A stretch of DNA of 64,000 nucleotides from an uncultured Bacteroidales bacterium (GTDB lineage Bacteria > Bacteroidota > Bacteroidia > Bacteroidales > GCA-2748055): contig CAVTBM010000001.1 in NCBI GenBank assembly GCA_963732905.1, positions 712,649 through 776,648 on the forward strand, in the 5' to 3' direction. The notes beneath the pieces were generated by a model. That model made no database searches, was not told the origin of the DNA, and was given only the letters and a program-made list of their open reading frames with translations. Positions within the stretch are counted from its first letter, which is position 1. The number at the start of each line of letters is the position of its first letter. Position numbers and translations under genes: made by a program. Below are positions 19,062 to 29,075 of this stretch, in pieces.

Positions 19062-19090
19062 AATTTCTACAGAATTTCTACAGAATTCAC
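19062..19090. promoter_or_regulatory. 11-bp direct repeat AATTTCTACAG x2 plus the partial copy AATTCAC, in a divergent promoter region.
   Basis: There are two exact copies at 19062-19072 and 19073-19083, one helical turn apart. They sit between the DUF4249 operon start and the HEAT-repeat gene. Confidence 0.3.
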
Positions 19091-19236
19091 AAGATAAATT
19101 TGCATAGGCTAATCACATGCCAAAATGGGTTCTGAAATGACATGCTGAAAGCCTGTTTTACCGTGAAATTAAAACAATCGGAAGAATTAGACTATTTTGA
19201 AAAATTTACCCGTCCTGCGTATTAAAAAAGAAAATA

Positions 19237-19815
19237 ATGAAAGACAAGGATAATCAGGCAGAACCTGACTTTAGTTTCATTCCTGAAGAAATCAGGCCGC
19301 TGGTCAGAGGACTTATTTCGGAAGAAGGGATGAGCCGTATGAAGGCCAGAAACCTTTTGGTTAAGCAAGGATCAGCGAATTTACAATATTTCGGGATGCT
19401 GCTTCATACAGATAATCGTTTGCTACGCTGGGAGACAGCCAAAGTGATAGAGGAAATTGCTGATGAAACATCCGTTCCGCTTTTTCTGAACCTCCTTGAG
19501 GACAGTGATGATGATATACGGTGGATCGCCGCCGAAGGTCTGATCAGAATTGGGAAAAAGTCCATTCGACCGCTTCTCGGAAAGCTGATTCTCAAAGGAG
19601 ATTCCTTTTTTATGAAAGTCGGTGCGCATCATATACTGAAATCCCTTAGCCACGGGAAAGAACGTGAACAACTCATGCCACTGCTGAGAGCCCTGCAGAA
19701 TTATGGTGAGTTTGATAACCTGGTGGTAGTTGAAGCTTCACGGATATTGCAAAATATTGATGAGATCTGGAATCCCGGTGAAGCACAAAAAGAAGATGGA
19801 GTAAGACCTGGTTAA
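19237..19815 (+). CDS. HEAT-repeat (PBS-lyase-type) protein.
   Basis: 192 aa with repeated helical units such as LLEDSDDDIRWIAAEGLIRIG. Confidence 0.65.
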   Translation: MKDKDNQAEPDFSFIPEEIRPLVRGLISEEGMSRMKARNLLVKQGSANLQYFGMLLHTDNRLLRWETAKVIEEIADETSVPLFLNLLEDSDDDIRWIAAEGLIRIGKKSIRPLLGKLILKGDSFFMKVGAHHILKSLSHGKEREQLMPLLRALQNYGEFDNLVVVEASRILQNIDEIWNPGEAQKEDGVRPG

Positions 19816-20061
19816 CAGCAGGAAGGTCAATTATCCCCGATGATATTCCGTGATTTTTTCTTAACTTTTGACTCTCAAAACCGGTTTGAAGCTTTGAAGG
19901 CCAACAATTTCTATGGTTATAATGTTACTCTTGCATTTCAGGTTCTATAATGTCATACAACGGCTTAAAATTACTGCGTAAGGGAGCTTTCCCCATCCGT
20001 TCCTGTGAAAGGGACATTTTCCCTGCAGATTGCAATAAAATCTTTTCAAAAAACAAATGAT

Positions 20062-20928
20062 ATGAAAAATGTAATTGTACCGGTCGATTTTTCACCGTTA
20101 TCCCTTAAAGGAATTGATTATGCCCTTGTCCTTGCCGGGAAGTATAAGGCGGAGATTCAGCTCGTTCATGTTCTGCAGGAAAGTAATGTGGAATACAAGA
20201 GTGAGTTTGAAAAGGAGAAGCTTGATGTTCAGCATAAATTTGAAGAGATCCTTGAGAAATATGCACGAAAGGCCTCGGGGATAAAAATCTCAACCATTAT
20301 AAAGCAGGGGAAAATTCACCAGGAAGTGGTAGAACAGGCCGATGCATTCGATGATTCGGTTGTTGTTATTTCAACGCACGGCGGCTCTGGTTTTGAGGAA
20401 TTGTTCATCGGAAGTAATGCCTTTAAAATGGTTTCATCCACTACGAGACCGGTATTTACACTCCGGGGAGAAAAGGTTCCGGGGCGTATCCGGAAAATTG
20501 TTCTGCCCATCGACGTGACCAATGAAACCCGTGAGAAAGTGCCTTTTACAGCGAAACTGGCGTCGCTGTTTGGTGCTGAGATCCACGTTGTAACCGTTAC
20601 CTCGGCAGAGGTGGAAGATATCACTAAAAAGATTGAACAGTATGCAATCTCAGTGGATAACTACCTGAAAAACCTGAAAGTTAAATGCGTCCGGGATTCG
20701 CTTTTCGGAAGTAACCTGACGGATATCACCATTGACTATGCGACTTCAGTGAATGCAGACCTGATAGCGATCATGTCGGAACAGGAAAAAAGCATCAGTA
20801 ATCTCCTCCTCGGGAACTACGCCCACCAGATGGTCAATAAGTCGGTTATACCGGTACTGGTCATCTCCAACAGACATATCGGGATTGTCACAGAGAGCTT
20901 CAAAACCGAGGGTATGTATTACGAATAG
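20062..20928 (+). CDS. Tandem universal stress protein (two UspA domains).
   Basis: MKNVIVPVDFS..., a ...STHGGSGF-type G-rich ATP loop, a second domain beginning RKIVLPIDVT, and the ending VLVIS. The ATG at 20062 is preferred over the GTG at 20005. Confidence 0.85.
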   Translation: MKNVIVPVDFSPLSLKGIDYALVLAGKYKAEIQLVHVLQESNVEYKSEFEKEKLDVQHKFEEILEKYARKASGIKISTIIKQGKIHQEVVEQADAFDDSVVVISTHGGSGFEELFIGSNAFKMVSSTTRPVFTLRGEKVPGRIRKIVLPIDVTNETREKVPFTAKLASLFGAEIHVVTVTSAEVEDITKKIEQYAISVDNYLKNLKVKCVRDSLFGSNLTDITIDYATSVNADLIAIMSEQEKSISNLLLGNYAHQMVNKSVIPVLVISNRHIGIVTESFKTEGMYYE

Positions 20929-20934
20929 GGGATA

Positions 20935-22320
20935 ATGATGACGAAATCGACGACCAGGGTACTGATCCTTCTGTTCGCGGGAGTGTTGATGGGAGCTCTG
21001 GATATTGCCGTAATCGGGCCGGCCATCCCCTCTATTCAGGAAAGTCTGGGCATTTCCGACAGAGCCATTCCCTGGATATTCAATATTTACGTGCTGATGA
21101 GCCTCATTTCGGCTCCGCTGATGGGAAAGCTTTCCGATATTTACGGGAGACGCATGGTGTATACCATTGATATTATCATTTTTGCAGCCGGTTCGGTGAT
21201 TGTCATGACATCCCCCGGCTTTTCAATGATACTGGCCGGCAGAGCCGTTCAGGGTTTTGGTGCCGGCGGTATCTTCCCGGTGGCTGCCGCTGTGATCGGT
21301 GATACGATACCCCGTGAAAAGCAGGGTTCAGCACTGGGACTGATCGGAGCGGTTTTCGGTCTTGCCTTCATCATCGGACCGGCGATTGGCGGAGCACTTC
21401 TTCTCCTGAGCTGGAGATGGATATTTGGAGTAAATATTCCCTTCGCAGCCGTCCTTGTCTTCTACTCACTCCGCATATTGCCGGCAGATAAAAAGCCGGG
21501 TGCCGTAGAGTTCGACTGGACGGGGATGATCCTGCTGATCGTGTCATTATCCTCTTTCGCTTTGGGGATCAACCGCATCGACGCTTCCCACTTCCTGCAA
21601 AGTGTGGGCTCAACGCGGGTCTGGCCCCTCATTTGCCTGTCGGTGCTTATCCTCCCGTTTTTTTACCGGGTCCAGAAAAGATCCACTCATCCTACCATCC
21701 ATCTCGGTCTCCTGAGGTCAAAGCAACTGCTTTTTACCTATTTCATTGCCTTTGGTGCCGGGCTTGGCGAACTGGCTACCATCTATTTCCCCTCCCTTGC
21801 CAAAGCTGCTTTCGGCGTTACGGAGTCCACCGCAAGCTTCATGTTGATACCTCTCGTGTTCACTCTGTTTATTGCCGCACCCCTGGCAGGCAGGATCATC
21901 GATAAAGCCGGCTCCAGGCTGGTCATCACGACCGGTATTCTGACACTGATGGCCGGGTTGTTCCTCCTTTCCCTTCTTCCGGTCACTCATACAGTCTTTT
22001 ATGGATCAGGAATGCTGATAGGTATCGGACTGGCATTCCTTCTCGGCGCACCTCTGAGGTACATTATGAATAATGAAACAGGGCAGGGTGAGCGGGCTGC
22101 AGGGCAAAGCCTGCTGACCATTTTTACCAGCACAGGCCAGCTTTTCAGTGCAGCACTGGTAGGTGCACTCATTGCCAGTAAAGGTGGAGGAATCCCCGGC
22201 TTCGATTTTGCTTTTCTGGTACTGGCCTTCGTTATGGCTATCCTTTTGATACCGGCATACGGACTGAAAAGCAGAGAAGCAGAAAAAGTAACTGCAGATT
22301 TAAAACTGAAAGATGAGTGA
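20935..22320 (+). CDS. MFS transporter, DHA2 (EmrB/QacA-like, 14-TM) drug:H+ antiporter family.
   Basis: 461 aa. GKLSDIYGRRMVY (motif A-like) and 14 predicted helices. Confidence 0.8.
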   Translation: MMTKSTTRVLILLFAGVLMGALDIAVIGPAIPSIQESLGISDRAIPWIFNIYVLMSLISAPLMGKLSDIYGRRMVYTIDIIIFAAGSVIVMTSPGFSMILAGRAVQGFGAGGIFPVAAAVIGDTIPREKQGSALGLIGAVFGLAFIIGPAIGGALLLLSWRWIFGVNIPFAAVLVFYSLRILPADKKPGAVEFDWTGMILLIVSLSSFALGINRIDASHFLQSVGSTRVWPLICLSVLILPFFYRVQKRSTHPTIHLGLLRSKQLLFTYFIAFGAGLGELATIYFPSLAKAAFGVTESTASFMLIPLVFTLFIAAPLAGRIIDKAGSRLVITTGILTLMAGLFLLSLLPVTHTVFYGSGMLIGIGLAFLLGAPLRYIMNNETGQGERAAGQSLLTIFTSTGQLFSAALVGALIASKGGGIPGFDFAFLVLAFVMAILLIPAYGLKSREAEKVTADLKLKDE

Positions 22321-22386
22321 AGCATTCCCCGGCTTTCCGGAACGGATCATACCAGATCCCTTCTTGCCTTTGAAACTGAAAAGTAC

Positions 22387-22394
22387 TAATTTTG
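22387..22394 (+). promoter_or_regulatory. Candidate -7 box (TAATTTTG) for the two-component operon.
   Basis: Exact TAnnTTTG match 40 nt upstream of the ATG at 22434. Confidence 0.35.
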
Positions 22395-22433
22395 GCTTTC
22401 TCAACCGGAACTTACCCTTAAAAGGCAAACGTG

Positions 22434-23123
22434 ATGAAGATTCTGGTCATTGAAGATGAAATTACTCTGAATATCAGCATCGTCTCTTTCCTGAAACGAA
22501 AAGGTTTTATTTGTGAATCAGCCGTTAATTATGATGAGGCCAAAATGAAAATCCACCTTTATGAATATGACTGCATCCTTGTTGATATCGAACTGCCTGG
22601 TGGAAGCGGCCTTAATATAGTAAGAGAACTTATGGAAATTCATGATGGTGCCGGAATCCTTATTATTTCTGCGCTCATGACACTGAATGATAAAATTACG
22701 GGTCTGAACATCGGGGCCGATGATTACCTCACCAAACCCTTTCACCTCGATGAATTACTTGCAAGAGTGAATTCCATTCTCCGGAGAAAAAAATTCCAGG
22801 GTGCTCCCGACTTGATCTACCGGGAGATAAGGGTTATACCGGCAACAATGGATGTGTTTGTGAATGCCAATCCCGTAAATCTTACACATACCGAATATGA
22901 TCTGCTCATTTTCCTGATCACAAATCCCGACCGTGTGCTCAGGAAAGAGATGATCGCTGAACATATCTGGGGAGATGATATCGACCAGGCTGATACGTTC
23001 GATTTTCTGTATAACCACATTAAGAACCTAAGGAAAAAATTACTGAGGGCCGGAGCAGCAAAATATATTCAAACCCTGTACGGTGTGGGTTATCAGTTTT
23101 CGGATAAAAGGAATACCGGCTGA
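22434..23123 (+). CDS. OmpR/PhoB-family response regulator (REC plus winged-helix DNA-binding domain).
   Basis: KILVIEDE...LVDIELPGGSG...DDYLTKPF, and the C-terminal motifs LTHTEYDLLIFL and TLYGVGYQF. Confidence 0.9.
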   Translation: MKILVIEDEITLNISIVSFLKRKGFICESAVNYDEAKMKIHLYEYDCILVDIELPGGSGLNIVRELMEIHDGAGILIISALMTLNDKITGLNIGADDYLTKPFHLDELLARVNSILRRKKFQGAPDLIYREIRVIPATMDVFVNANPVNLTHTEYDLLIFLITNPDRVLRKEMIAEHIWGDDIDQADTFDFLYNHIKNLRKKLLRAGAAKYIQTLYGVGYQFSDKRNTG

Positions 23124-23144
23124 TTTATAAGTTTCCTTGAAGGA

Positions 23145-25709
23145 TTGATAAATAAAAACATACCCATGTTCACATCTTTGAATGACCTGTTGTACAAGAT
23201 TGGCTTTTTCCTGGCTGCACTTATCTTTATATCCATCGGGGTTATCAATTACCTTAGCAGCAGTAAGGTGAATGAAATGGATAGACAGATCAGAAGAACC
23301 CATACCGTCCTCATTACACTTGACGGTGTGCAGGAAAAATTCAAAAATGCAATCATAAGCCATCGGGATTTTCTGCTTACCGGTGACAAGCAGGATCTCC
23401 AGGATTTTAGAAAAGGTCCGGCGCAGGTCCGACTGAGACTCGAAGAACTGAAAGACCTGGTCAGGAAGGACAGCCTTCTTTATGTCAGGACAGCTGAGCT
23501 GAAAGCCAATATCGATGACAAATTCAAAGCACTTGAAACGAGTGCGGTCATGAAACTTAATGGCATCTCTACGGATTCCGTGAACCATTATCTGGATGAG
23601 AATGCCAGGAGGAACCTGACTAATATCAGAATTGTAGCCAATGAAATGCTGGAGATCGAAAACGCCAGACTCCAGTCTCTGACAGTCATTGCTGAAAAGA
23701 GCATTCAGATATCCAGAGCTTATATCGTTGCCGGGAACATGATCGCCTTTGTCATCCTTTTCCTCAGTTTCAGCCTGCTCATTGGGCAGATCAGAACCCG
23801 GCGCATGGCTGAAAAATCACTTCTGGATCAGATGGAGCGCCTTGAAGTGGTGACTCATAATATGGGCGCAGGTTTGTCCATTATTACCCCTGAGTTCAGG
23901 ATCGTATGGATGAATAAAGTGATGAAAACGCTCTTTGGCGACCTGGAAGAAAAGACTTTTGATACCGTTTTCCCCGTCGGAGAGAACCAGGAGATGATTA
24001 TTTTTCCCGAATCCATGGAAGCTGGAAGTAATATTCAGGAAGAGCGCAAACTTATCAATAAGGAGGGGATGGGTAACTGGTACCAGCTGATATATACACC
24101 GCTTGAAAATACCCGACAACGTCATTCATTGTTCCTTCAACTCGTTGTTCCTGTCGATGAGCGGAAGGCCCTGGAAAATTCACTCATGGAAGCCAAGGAG
24201 AAAGCAGAAGAATCAAGCCGTGCGAAAAGTGAGTTCCTTGCCAATATGAGCCATGAAATCAGAACGCCCATGAATGCCATCCTCGGTTTCACCGAAATCC
24301 TGAGAGACAGGATGTCCGCCAATCAGGGGCTGAACGAATACCTGAGAGGCATCGAGGTGAACGGAAAAACACTCATGAGGATCATTGATGATATCCTCGA
24401 TCTCTCCAAAATTGAAGCAGGGAAATTGCAGATCAGGAAGGAGATGGTCAACCCGCAACTTCTCCTCGAAGAGATAAGGACCATGTTTGAAGACCGGGCA
24501 AGGCAGAAGGGTATTGCCCTGAAGATAGTACAGGATGAGCATTTGCCCCCCGGTCTCGAACTGGATGAGACCAGGATTAGACAAGTCCTTTTTAACCTGG
24601 TAGGTAATGCACTGAAGTTCACCCACTCCGGTTTTGTGGAGCTGTCCTTTAAATCCATGATGAGAAAGGATGTTCCAGGGCTGGCGGATCTCCTTATCCA
24701 GGTGAAAGATACCGGTCTCGGCATTCCCAGGGAACAGCAGGAACTTATTTTTCAGCCATTTCAGCAACAGTCAGGCCAGGATACCCGTCTGTACGGAGGT
24801 ACTGGACTTGGACTGACCATCACACGAAGGCTGCTTGAAATGATGGGGGGTACAATATCCCTGGAAAGTACGGTGAACGAGGGCTCAAATTTCATCATTA
24901 TGCTTCCCGGGACGAAAACCGGAAAACCGGCGGATAAACATACGGAATTGACCGGGACAGACTATCAGCATATCCGGTTCAGGGACGCCAAGATCCTCCT
25001 GGTTGAAGATAAAGAATCCAACCGGAAGGTCGTCAGGGATTTTTTGAGCGGCATGAATGTCCATCTTCTCGAAGCGGAAAACGGAAAAGAAGCCGTCGAT
25101 GCAGCCATCAGGACGCATCCCCAACTGATATTCATGGATCTGCAGATGCCTGTTATGGATGGCTTTCAAGCCGTACTCGAGATAAGAAAGCATGAAGATC
25201 TGAAACATGTCCCGGTTGTTGCCCTCACTGCTTCAGCTATGAAAGACAGCCAGGGCAACATAAGGGATCATTTTGACGATATCCTCATAAAACCGGTTAC
25301 AAAAAAAAGTCTCATCAGTAAAATTTCCAGCTTTCTTTCTTATGATGTTGCAGGAACATTGGTGCCTGCCGGGGAAGTACGTGCCAAAAAAGACCTGGCG
25401 CTGGAAGTGAATGAGCTACTCAATGAACATAAGGTCTATCCTGAAAAACTGAAGAAAATTTTCATAGTTGAATTCAGGCCCGTATATGAAAATATCCAGA
25501 GAAAACTCTCCATGAACAGGATTAAAGCTTTTGCCAGGGGACTCAAAGACGCTGGAAGTGAATACAGGATAAACGTCCTTGAACAATATGGCAATGAACT
25601 GCTTCTGCTGGCCATAAGCTTCCGTACTGAGAAGATTGTCAGCTTGTTGATGTTGTACCCTGCGCTGGACGAAATGATTACAGGTGAAAAACTGAATAGC
25701 AATGAGTAA
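23145..25709 (+). CDS. Hybrid sensor histidine kinase: CHASE3-like periplasmic/N-terminal domain, PAS, HisKA, HATPase_c, REC and a C-terminal Hpt-like helical region.
   Basis: H-box FLANMSHEIRTPMNAI. N- and G-boxes: NLVGNALKFT, DTGLGI, GGTGLGLTI. REC: KILLVEDKESN...IFMDLQMPVMDG...LTASA. Confidence 0.9.
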   Translation: MINKNIPMFTSLNDLLYKIGFFLAALIFISIGVINYLSSSKVNEMDRQIRRTHTVLITLDGVQEKFKNAIISHRDFLLTGDKQDLQDFRKGPAQVRLRLEELKDLVRKDSLLYVRTAELKANIDDKFKALETSAVMKLNGISTDSVNHYLDENARRNLTNIRIVANEMLEIENARLQSLTVIAEKSIQISRAYIVAGNMIAFVILFLSFSLLIGQIRTRRMAEKSLLDQMERLEVVTHNMGAGLSIITPEFRIVWMNKVMKTLFGDLEEKTFDTVFPVGENQEMIIFPESMEAGSNIQEERKLINKEGMGNWYQLIYTPLENTRQRHSLFLQLVVPVDERKALENSLMEAKEKAEESSRAKSEFLANMSHEIRTPMNAILGFTEILRDRMSANQGLNEYLRGIEVNGKTLMRIIDDILDLSKIEAGKLQIRKEMVNPQLLLEEIRTMFEDRARQKGIALKIVQDEHLPPGLELDETRIRQVLFNLVGNALKFTHSGFVELSFKSMMRKDVPGLADLLIQVKDTGLGIPREQQELIFQPFQQQSGQDTRLYGGTGLGLTITRRLLEMMGGTISLESTVNEGSNFIIMLPGTKTGKPADKHTELTGTDYQHIRFRDAKILLVEDKESNRKVVRDFLSGMNVHLLEAENGKEAVDAAIRTHPQLIFMDLQMPVMDGFQAVLEIRKHEDLKHVPVVALTASAMKDSQGNIRDHFDDILIKPVTKKSLISKISSFLSYDVAGTLVPAGEVRAKKDLALEVNELLNEHKVYPEKLKKIFIVEFRPVYENIQRKLSMNRIKAFARGLKDAGSEYRINVLEQYGNELLLLAISFRTEKIVSLLMLYPALDEMITGEKLNSNE

Positions 25710-26832
25710 AAAAAACACGACTCAGAACGGGCATCAGGATGAAATACTGATCGTCGACGATAATCCGGAAAACCTTCAGGTCCTCGGCAATATCCTCGCG
25801 GAGAAGAATCTGGATGTGAGTTTTGCAAACAGCGGTATACAAGCTATACAGGCTGCAGGTTTCGAACCGCCCGATCTCATTCTTCTGGATGTATCCATGC
25901 CGGGAATGGACGGTTATGAAGTGTGCCGTAAATTAAAGCAATCGGAAAAAACCAGGGATATCCCCGTGATCTTTCTTACCGCTAAAACAGGTTCGGAGAA
26001 TGTCATACGGGGGTTTGAAGCAGGCGCAGTCGATTATGTGACTAAACCGTTCAATAGTTTTGAGCTCCTCTCCAGGGTTATGACACACCTTGCGCTGAAA
26101 CACTCCCGGGATCTCATAAACCAGCAAAAGAAGCGTCTCGAAGAGGTCAATGCTACCAAAAACCGTTTTTTTTCCATCCTGGCGCATGATCTTAAAAGTC
26201 CCTTCAGCACATTGATTACAGTAACGGATTATTATAAAAAGAGCGGTGACCATCTCAGTGAAGCAGAGATCCGTAAGTTTCTGGACCATATTTACGAGGT
26301 TTCCATAAATACCTATAATTTGCTTGAGAACCTCCTGGACTGGTCCCGTTCTCAGGCTGGCATACTCGAAGTCAATACGGTTGACTTCGATATGCAGTCG
26401 GTTGTCCGGAAGAATTCGTACTTTATTTCAACCCGCGCAAAAGAAAAAAATATCAACCTGAGATATGAATGTGCAGAAGGCCTTATCGCCAGGGCTGATC
26501 CTGATATGATCAGTACGGTTATACGAAACCTTCTCAGCAATGCAGTGAAATTTACCCCGGGAGGGGGAGAGATCAGTCTTACATGTACCAGGGAAAATGA
26601 GCTCCTTACAGTGAGCGTTGAGGATAATGGTACAGGAATGAGCCGAAGTGAACTGGATAAGCTTTTTAAACCTGGTGAACACCTAAGTAAAGTCGGAACC
26701 GGGCATGAGAAAGGTACAGGCCTCGGCCTTATTCTCTGCCATGAATTTGTGGAAAAAAATCATGGCTCCCTGAAAGTGGAGAGCAGGAAAGGAAAGGGTA
26801 GCCGTTTTGTTTTCAGTATTCCGGCAGGTTAA
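25702..26832 (+). CDS. REC-HisKA-HATPase_c protein (response-regulator-fused histidine kinase).
   Basis: ILIVDDNPENL...LLDVSMPGMDG...DYVTKPF, then FFSILAHDLKSPF (H-box), NLLSNAVKFT and GTGLGLILC. It overlaps the upstream kinase gene by 8 nt. Confidence 0.9.
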   Translation: MSKKNTTQNGHQDEILIVDDNPENLQVLGNILAEKNLDVSFANSGIQAIQAAGFEPPDLILLDVSMPGMDGYEVCRKLKQSEKTRDIPVIFLTAKTGSENVIRGFEAGAVDYVTKPFNSFELLSRVMTHLALKHSRDLINQQKKRLEEVNATKNRFFSILAHDLKSPFSTLITVTDYYKKSGDHLSEAEIRKFLDHIYEVSINTYNLLENLLDWSRSQAGILEVNTVDFDMQSVVRKNSYFISTRAKEKNINLRYECAEGLIARADPDMISTVIRNLLSNAVKFTPGGGEISLTCTRENELLTVSVEDNGTGMSRSELDKLFKPGEHLSKVGTGHEKGTGLGLILCHEFVEKNHGSLKVESRKGKGSRFVFSIPAG

Positions 26833-26902
26833 TCGACGGGCTCTGATAAAATGAAACAATCTGTTAATGGCGAATGTTCTTATTCCTTAACCTGTATTAA
26901 GC

Positions 26903-28780
26903 ATGAACGAAAAGGAGTTAAAATCATTTGAAGAATATCATTCAAGTATAGACACTGTAAATGTCAAGAATCCCTGGAGACGGTTTCTGGCCTTCCTGGG
27001 GCCTGCCTACCTGGTAAGTGTGGGCTATATGGATCCCGGGAACTGGGCCACCGACATTGCCGGCGGGAGTAAATTCGGATATGCCCTGATCTGGGTGATC
27101 ATTCTGTCGAATATTACGGCTATCCTGCTGCAGAGCCATAGTGCCAGACTTGGGTTGGTTACAGGTAAGGACCTGGCGCAATTCAGCAGGACATACTACC
27201 GGCCCAAACTGAATTTTGTTTTCTGGATCTTTGCTGAAATTGCCATTGCAGCCACTGACCTGGCCGAAGTTCTGGGAATGGCTATTGGTCTGAATCTGTT
27301 ATTCGGACTTAACATGCTGATCGGTGTCAGCCTTTCCATGTTTGACACCCTCATCATCATGTTCCTGATCAAAAAAGGCATGCGAATGCTGGAGGCCATC
27401 ATTATCGGTCTTATCAGCATCATCGGCATATCCTTTTTGATCGAGCTGTTTTTTTCCCGACCCTCCATCCCGGGTATCCTGAGCGGAATAATACCTTCAC
27501 TGCCCGGCCCCGGAGCATTATACATCGCTATCGGCATCATCGGGGCTACCGTGATGCCTCATAACCTTTACCTTCATTCCTCACTCGTTCAGACCCGGAA
27601 ATTTCATAATGATAAGGCCGGCATTGGGAAAGCGATCCGTTATAACTTTTTTGACACCACAATAGCCCTGAACCTGGCACTTTTTGTGAATGCAGCCATT
27701 CTGATCCTGGCGGCATCCACCTTTTTCAAGTCAGGTCACAATGAAGTGGAAGACATTACCCAGGCACACAGGATGCTGGAACCTCTTCTCGGTTCCGTGC
27801 TGGCACCCCTGCTCTTCGCAATTGCCCTTATTGCCTCAGGTCAGAGTTCCACACTGACAGGCACCCTTACCGGACAAATTATTATGGAAGGGTATCTTAA
27901 CCTGAGAATCCAACCATGGCTCAGACGGCTCATCACCAGGTCACTGGCTGCTATCCCGGCTTTCATTACCATCCTTGTCGCCGGTGATTCCATGGCCGGC
28001 CCTCTGCTGATCCTGAGCCAGGTAATCCTTAGTCTTCAGCTGGGCTTTGCCATTGTACCCCTCACACACTGGGTCTCTTCCAAAAAGATAATGGGTGATT
28101 TTAAAATCAAACTGTTTACGATCCTAGTGACATGGCTGGCGGTAATGCTCATCGTGGTCCTGAATGTAAAACTGGTTTATGATACGCTCCAAAGTCTCAT
28201 TCTGGAAGGGAAGCATCCCTGGCTGGTTTTCGGGATCATCATTCCGGCTGTGGCAGCCGCATTTATTCTCCTCGTATATATTATTGTCGAGCCTCATATT
28301 GCTATTAAAATTCCAACTATGTTCCAGCCAACCCATGAACCACCGCCAGAAATTGAACTTACCGGAACAACGGGTTTTAAGAAGATTGCTATTTCGATAG
28401 ATTTTTCTGAATCGGATAACAGGGCGCTGAGCTTTGCCGTGAACCAGGGAGGGAAATCAGCCGAATATTTCCTGATCCATGTCGTTGAATCAGCCGGTGC
28501 CCGAATGATGAAGTCCGAGATATTTGACAGCGAAACGGAAGAAGACCGTGCTTTTCTTGAGCGGTACTCAAATCAGTTGAAGATCGCAGGCTATACCAAT
28601 ACGCCGGTTCTCGATTACGGCCTGGCCAGGAGCGTTTTGCCTCAGGTTGTTAACCGGCTTGGTGCCGACCTGCTGGTCATGTCTTCGCACCGTAAAGGAT
28701 TCCTGCACCACCTGATCAAAGGGACGACAATTTCACAGGTTCAGAAAAGAATCAGTATTCCGCTCATCATCCTGAAGTAG
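26903..28780 (+). CDS. mntH: Nramp-family divalent metal (Mn2+/Fe2+):H+ transporter fused to a C-terminal UspA domain.
   Basis: GYMDPGNWATDIAGGSKFGY and ATVMPHNLYLHS are signature Nramp motifs. The last ~140 aa (KIAISIDFSESD...LLVMSSHRKGFLHHLIKGTT...) form a Usp domain. Confidence 0.9.
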   Translation: MNEKELKSFEEYHSSIDTVNVKNPWRRFLAFLGPAYLVSVGYMDPGNWATDIAGGSKFGYALIWVIILSNITAILLQSHSARLGLVTGKDLAQFSRTYYRPKLNFVFWIFAEIAIAATDLAEVLGMAIGLNLLFGLNMLIGVSLSMFDTLIIMFLIKKGMRMLEAIIIGLISIIGISFLIELFFSRPSIPGILSGIIPSLPGPGALYIAIGIIGATVMPHNLYLHSSLVQTRKFHNDKAGIGKAIRYNFFDTTIALNLALFVNAAILILAASTFFKSGHNEVEDITQAHRMLEPLLGSVLAPLLFAIALIASGQSSTLTGTLTGQIIMEGYLNLRIQPWLRRLITRSLAAIPAFITILVAGDSMAGPLLILSQVILSLQLGFAIVPLTHWVSSKKIMGDFKIKLFTILVTWLAVMLIVVLNVKLVYDTLQSLILEGKHPWLVFGIIIPAVAAAFILLVYIIVEPHIAIKIPTMFQPTHEPPPEIELTGTTGFKKIAISIDFSESDNRALSFAVNQGGKSAEYFLIHVVESAGARMMKSEIFDSETEEDRAFLERYSNQLKIAGYTNTPVLDYGLARSVLPQVVNRLGADLLVMSSHRKGFLHHLIKGTTISQVQKRISIPLIILK

Positions 28781-29075
28781 CAAGGGCGGTGAGTCCATTT
28801 GCAGATCGCTGGAAAGGGTTACGGGATTTGTCTTTTCTTCAGACAAGCCGCGGGACAATTTTCTGACGGAAGCCCATTTCTGTCTGATTCATTTTCTTTA
28901 AAAATAATCTTCCGGTCTGAACGATGAATAAATGTCTGACCGACAGGTCCATGACTCCTGGCAGGATTTTTCCCTTTAATTTAATTGTTACCGAAGTTGA
29001 TTGTCTGCAGAGATATGGCTTAAACATTTTCCTTTCACTGCTGTTAATTTTCTTTCGAATACCGCTTAACCAGTG

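Noticed and set aside
26833-26902. Possible Mn2+ (yybP-ykoY) riboswitch upstream of mntH.
   Set aside because: The intergenic region is only 70 nt and lacks the conserved four-way-junction sequence elements, so it is too short for that riboswitch.
28839-29027. 62-aa minus-strand ORF in the 360-bp gap upstream of operon A.
   Set aside because: It has no signal, motif or conservation evidence (no equivalent lies upstream of operon B) and a basic low-complexity composition. The region more likely holds the operon A promoter.
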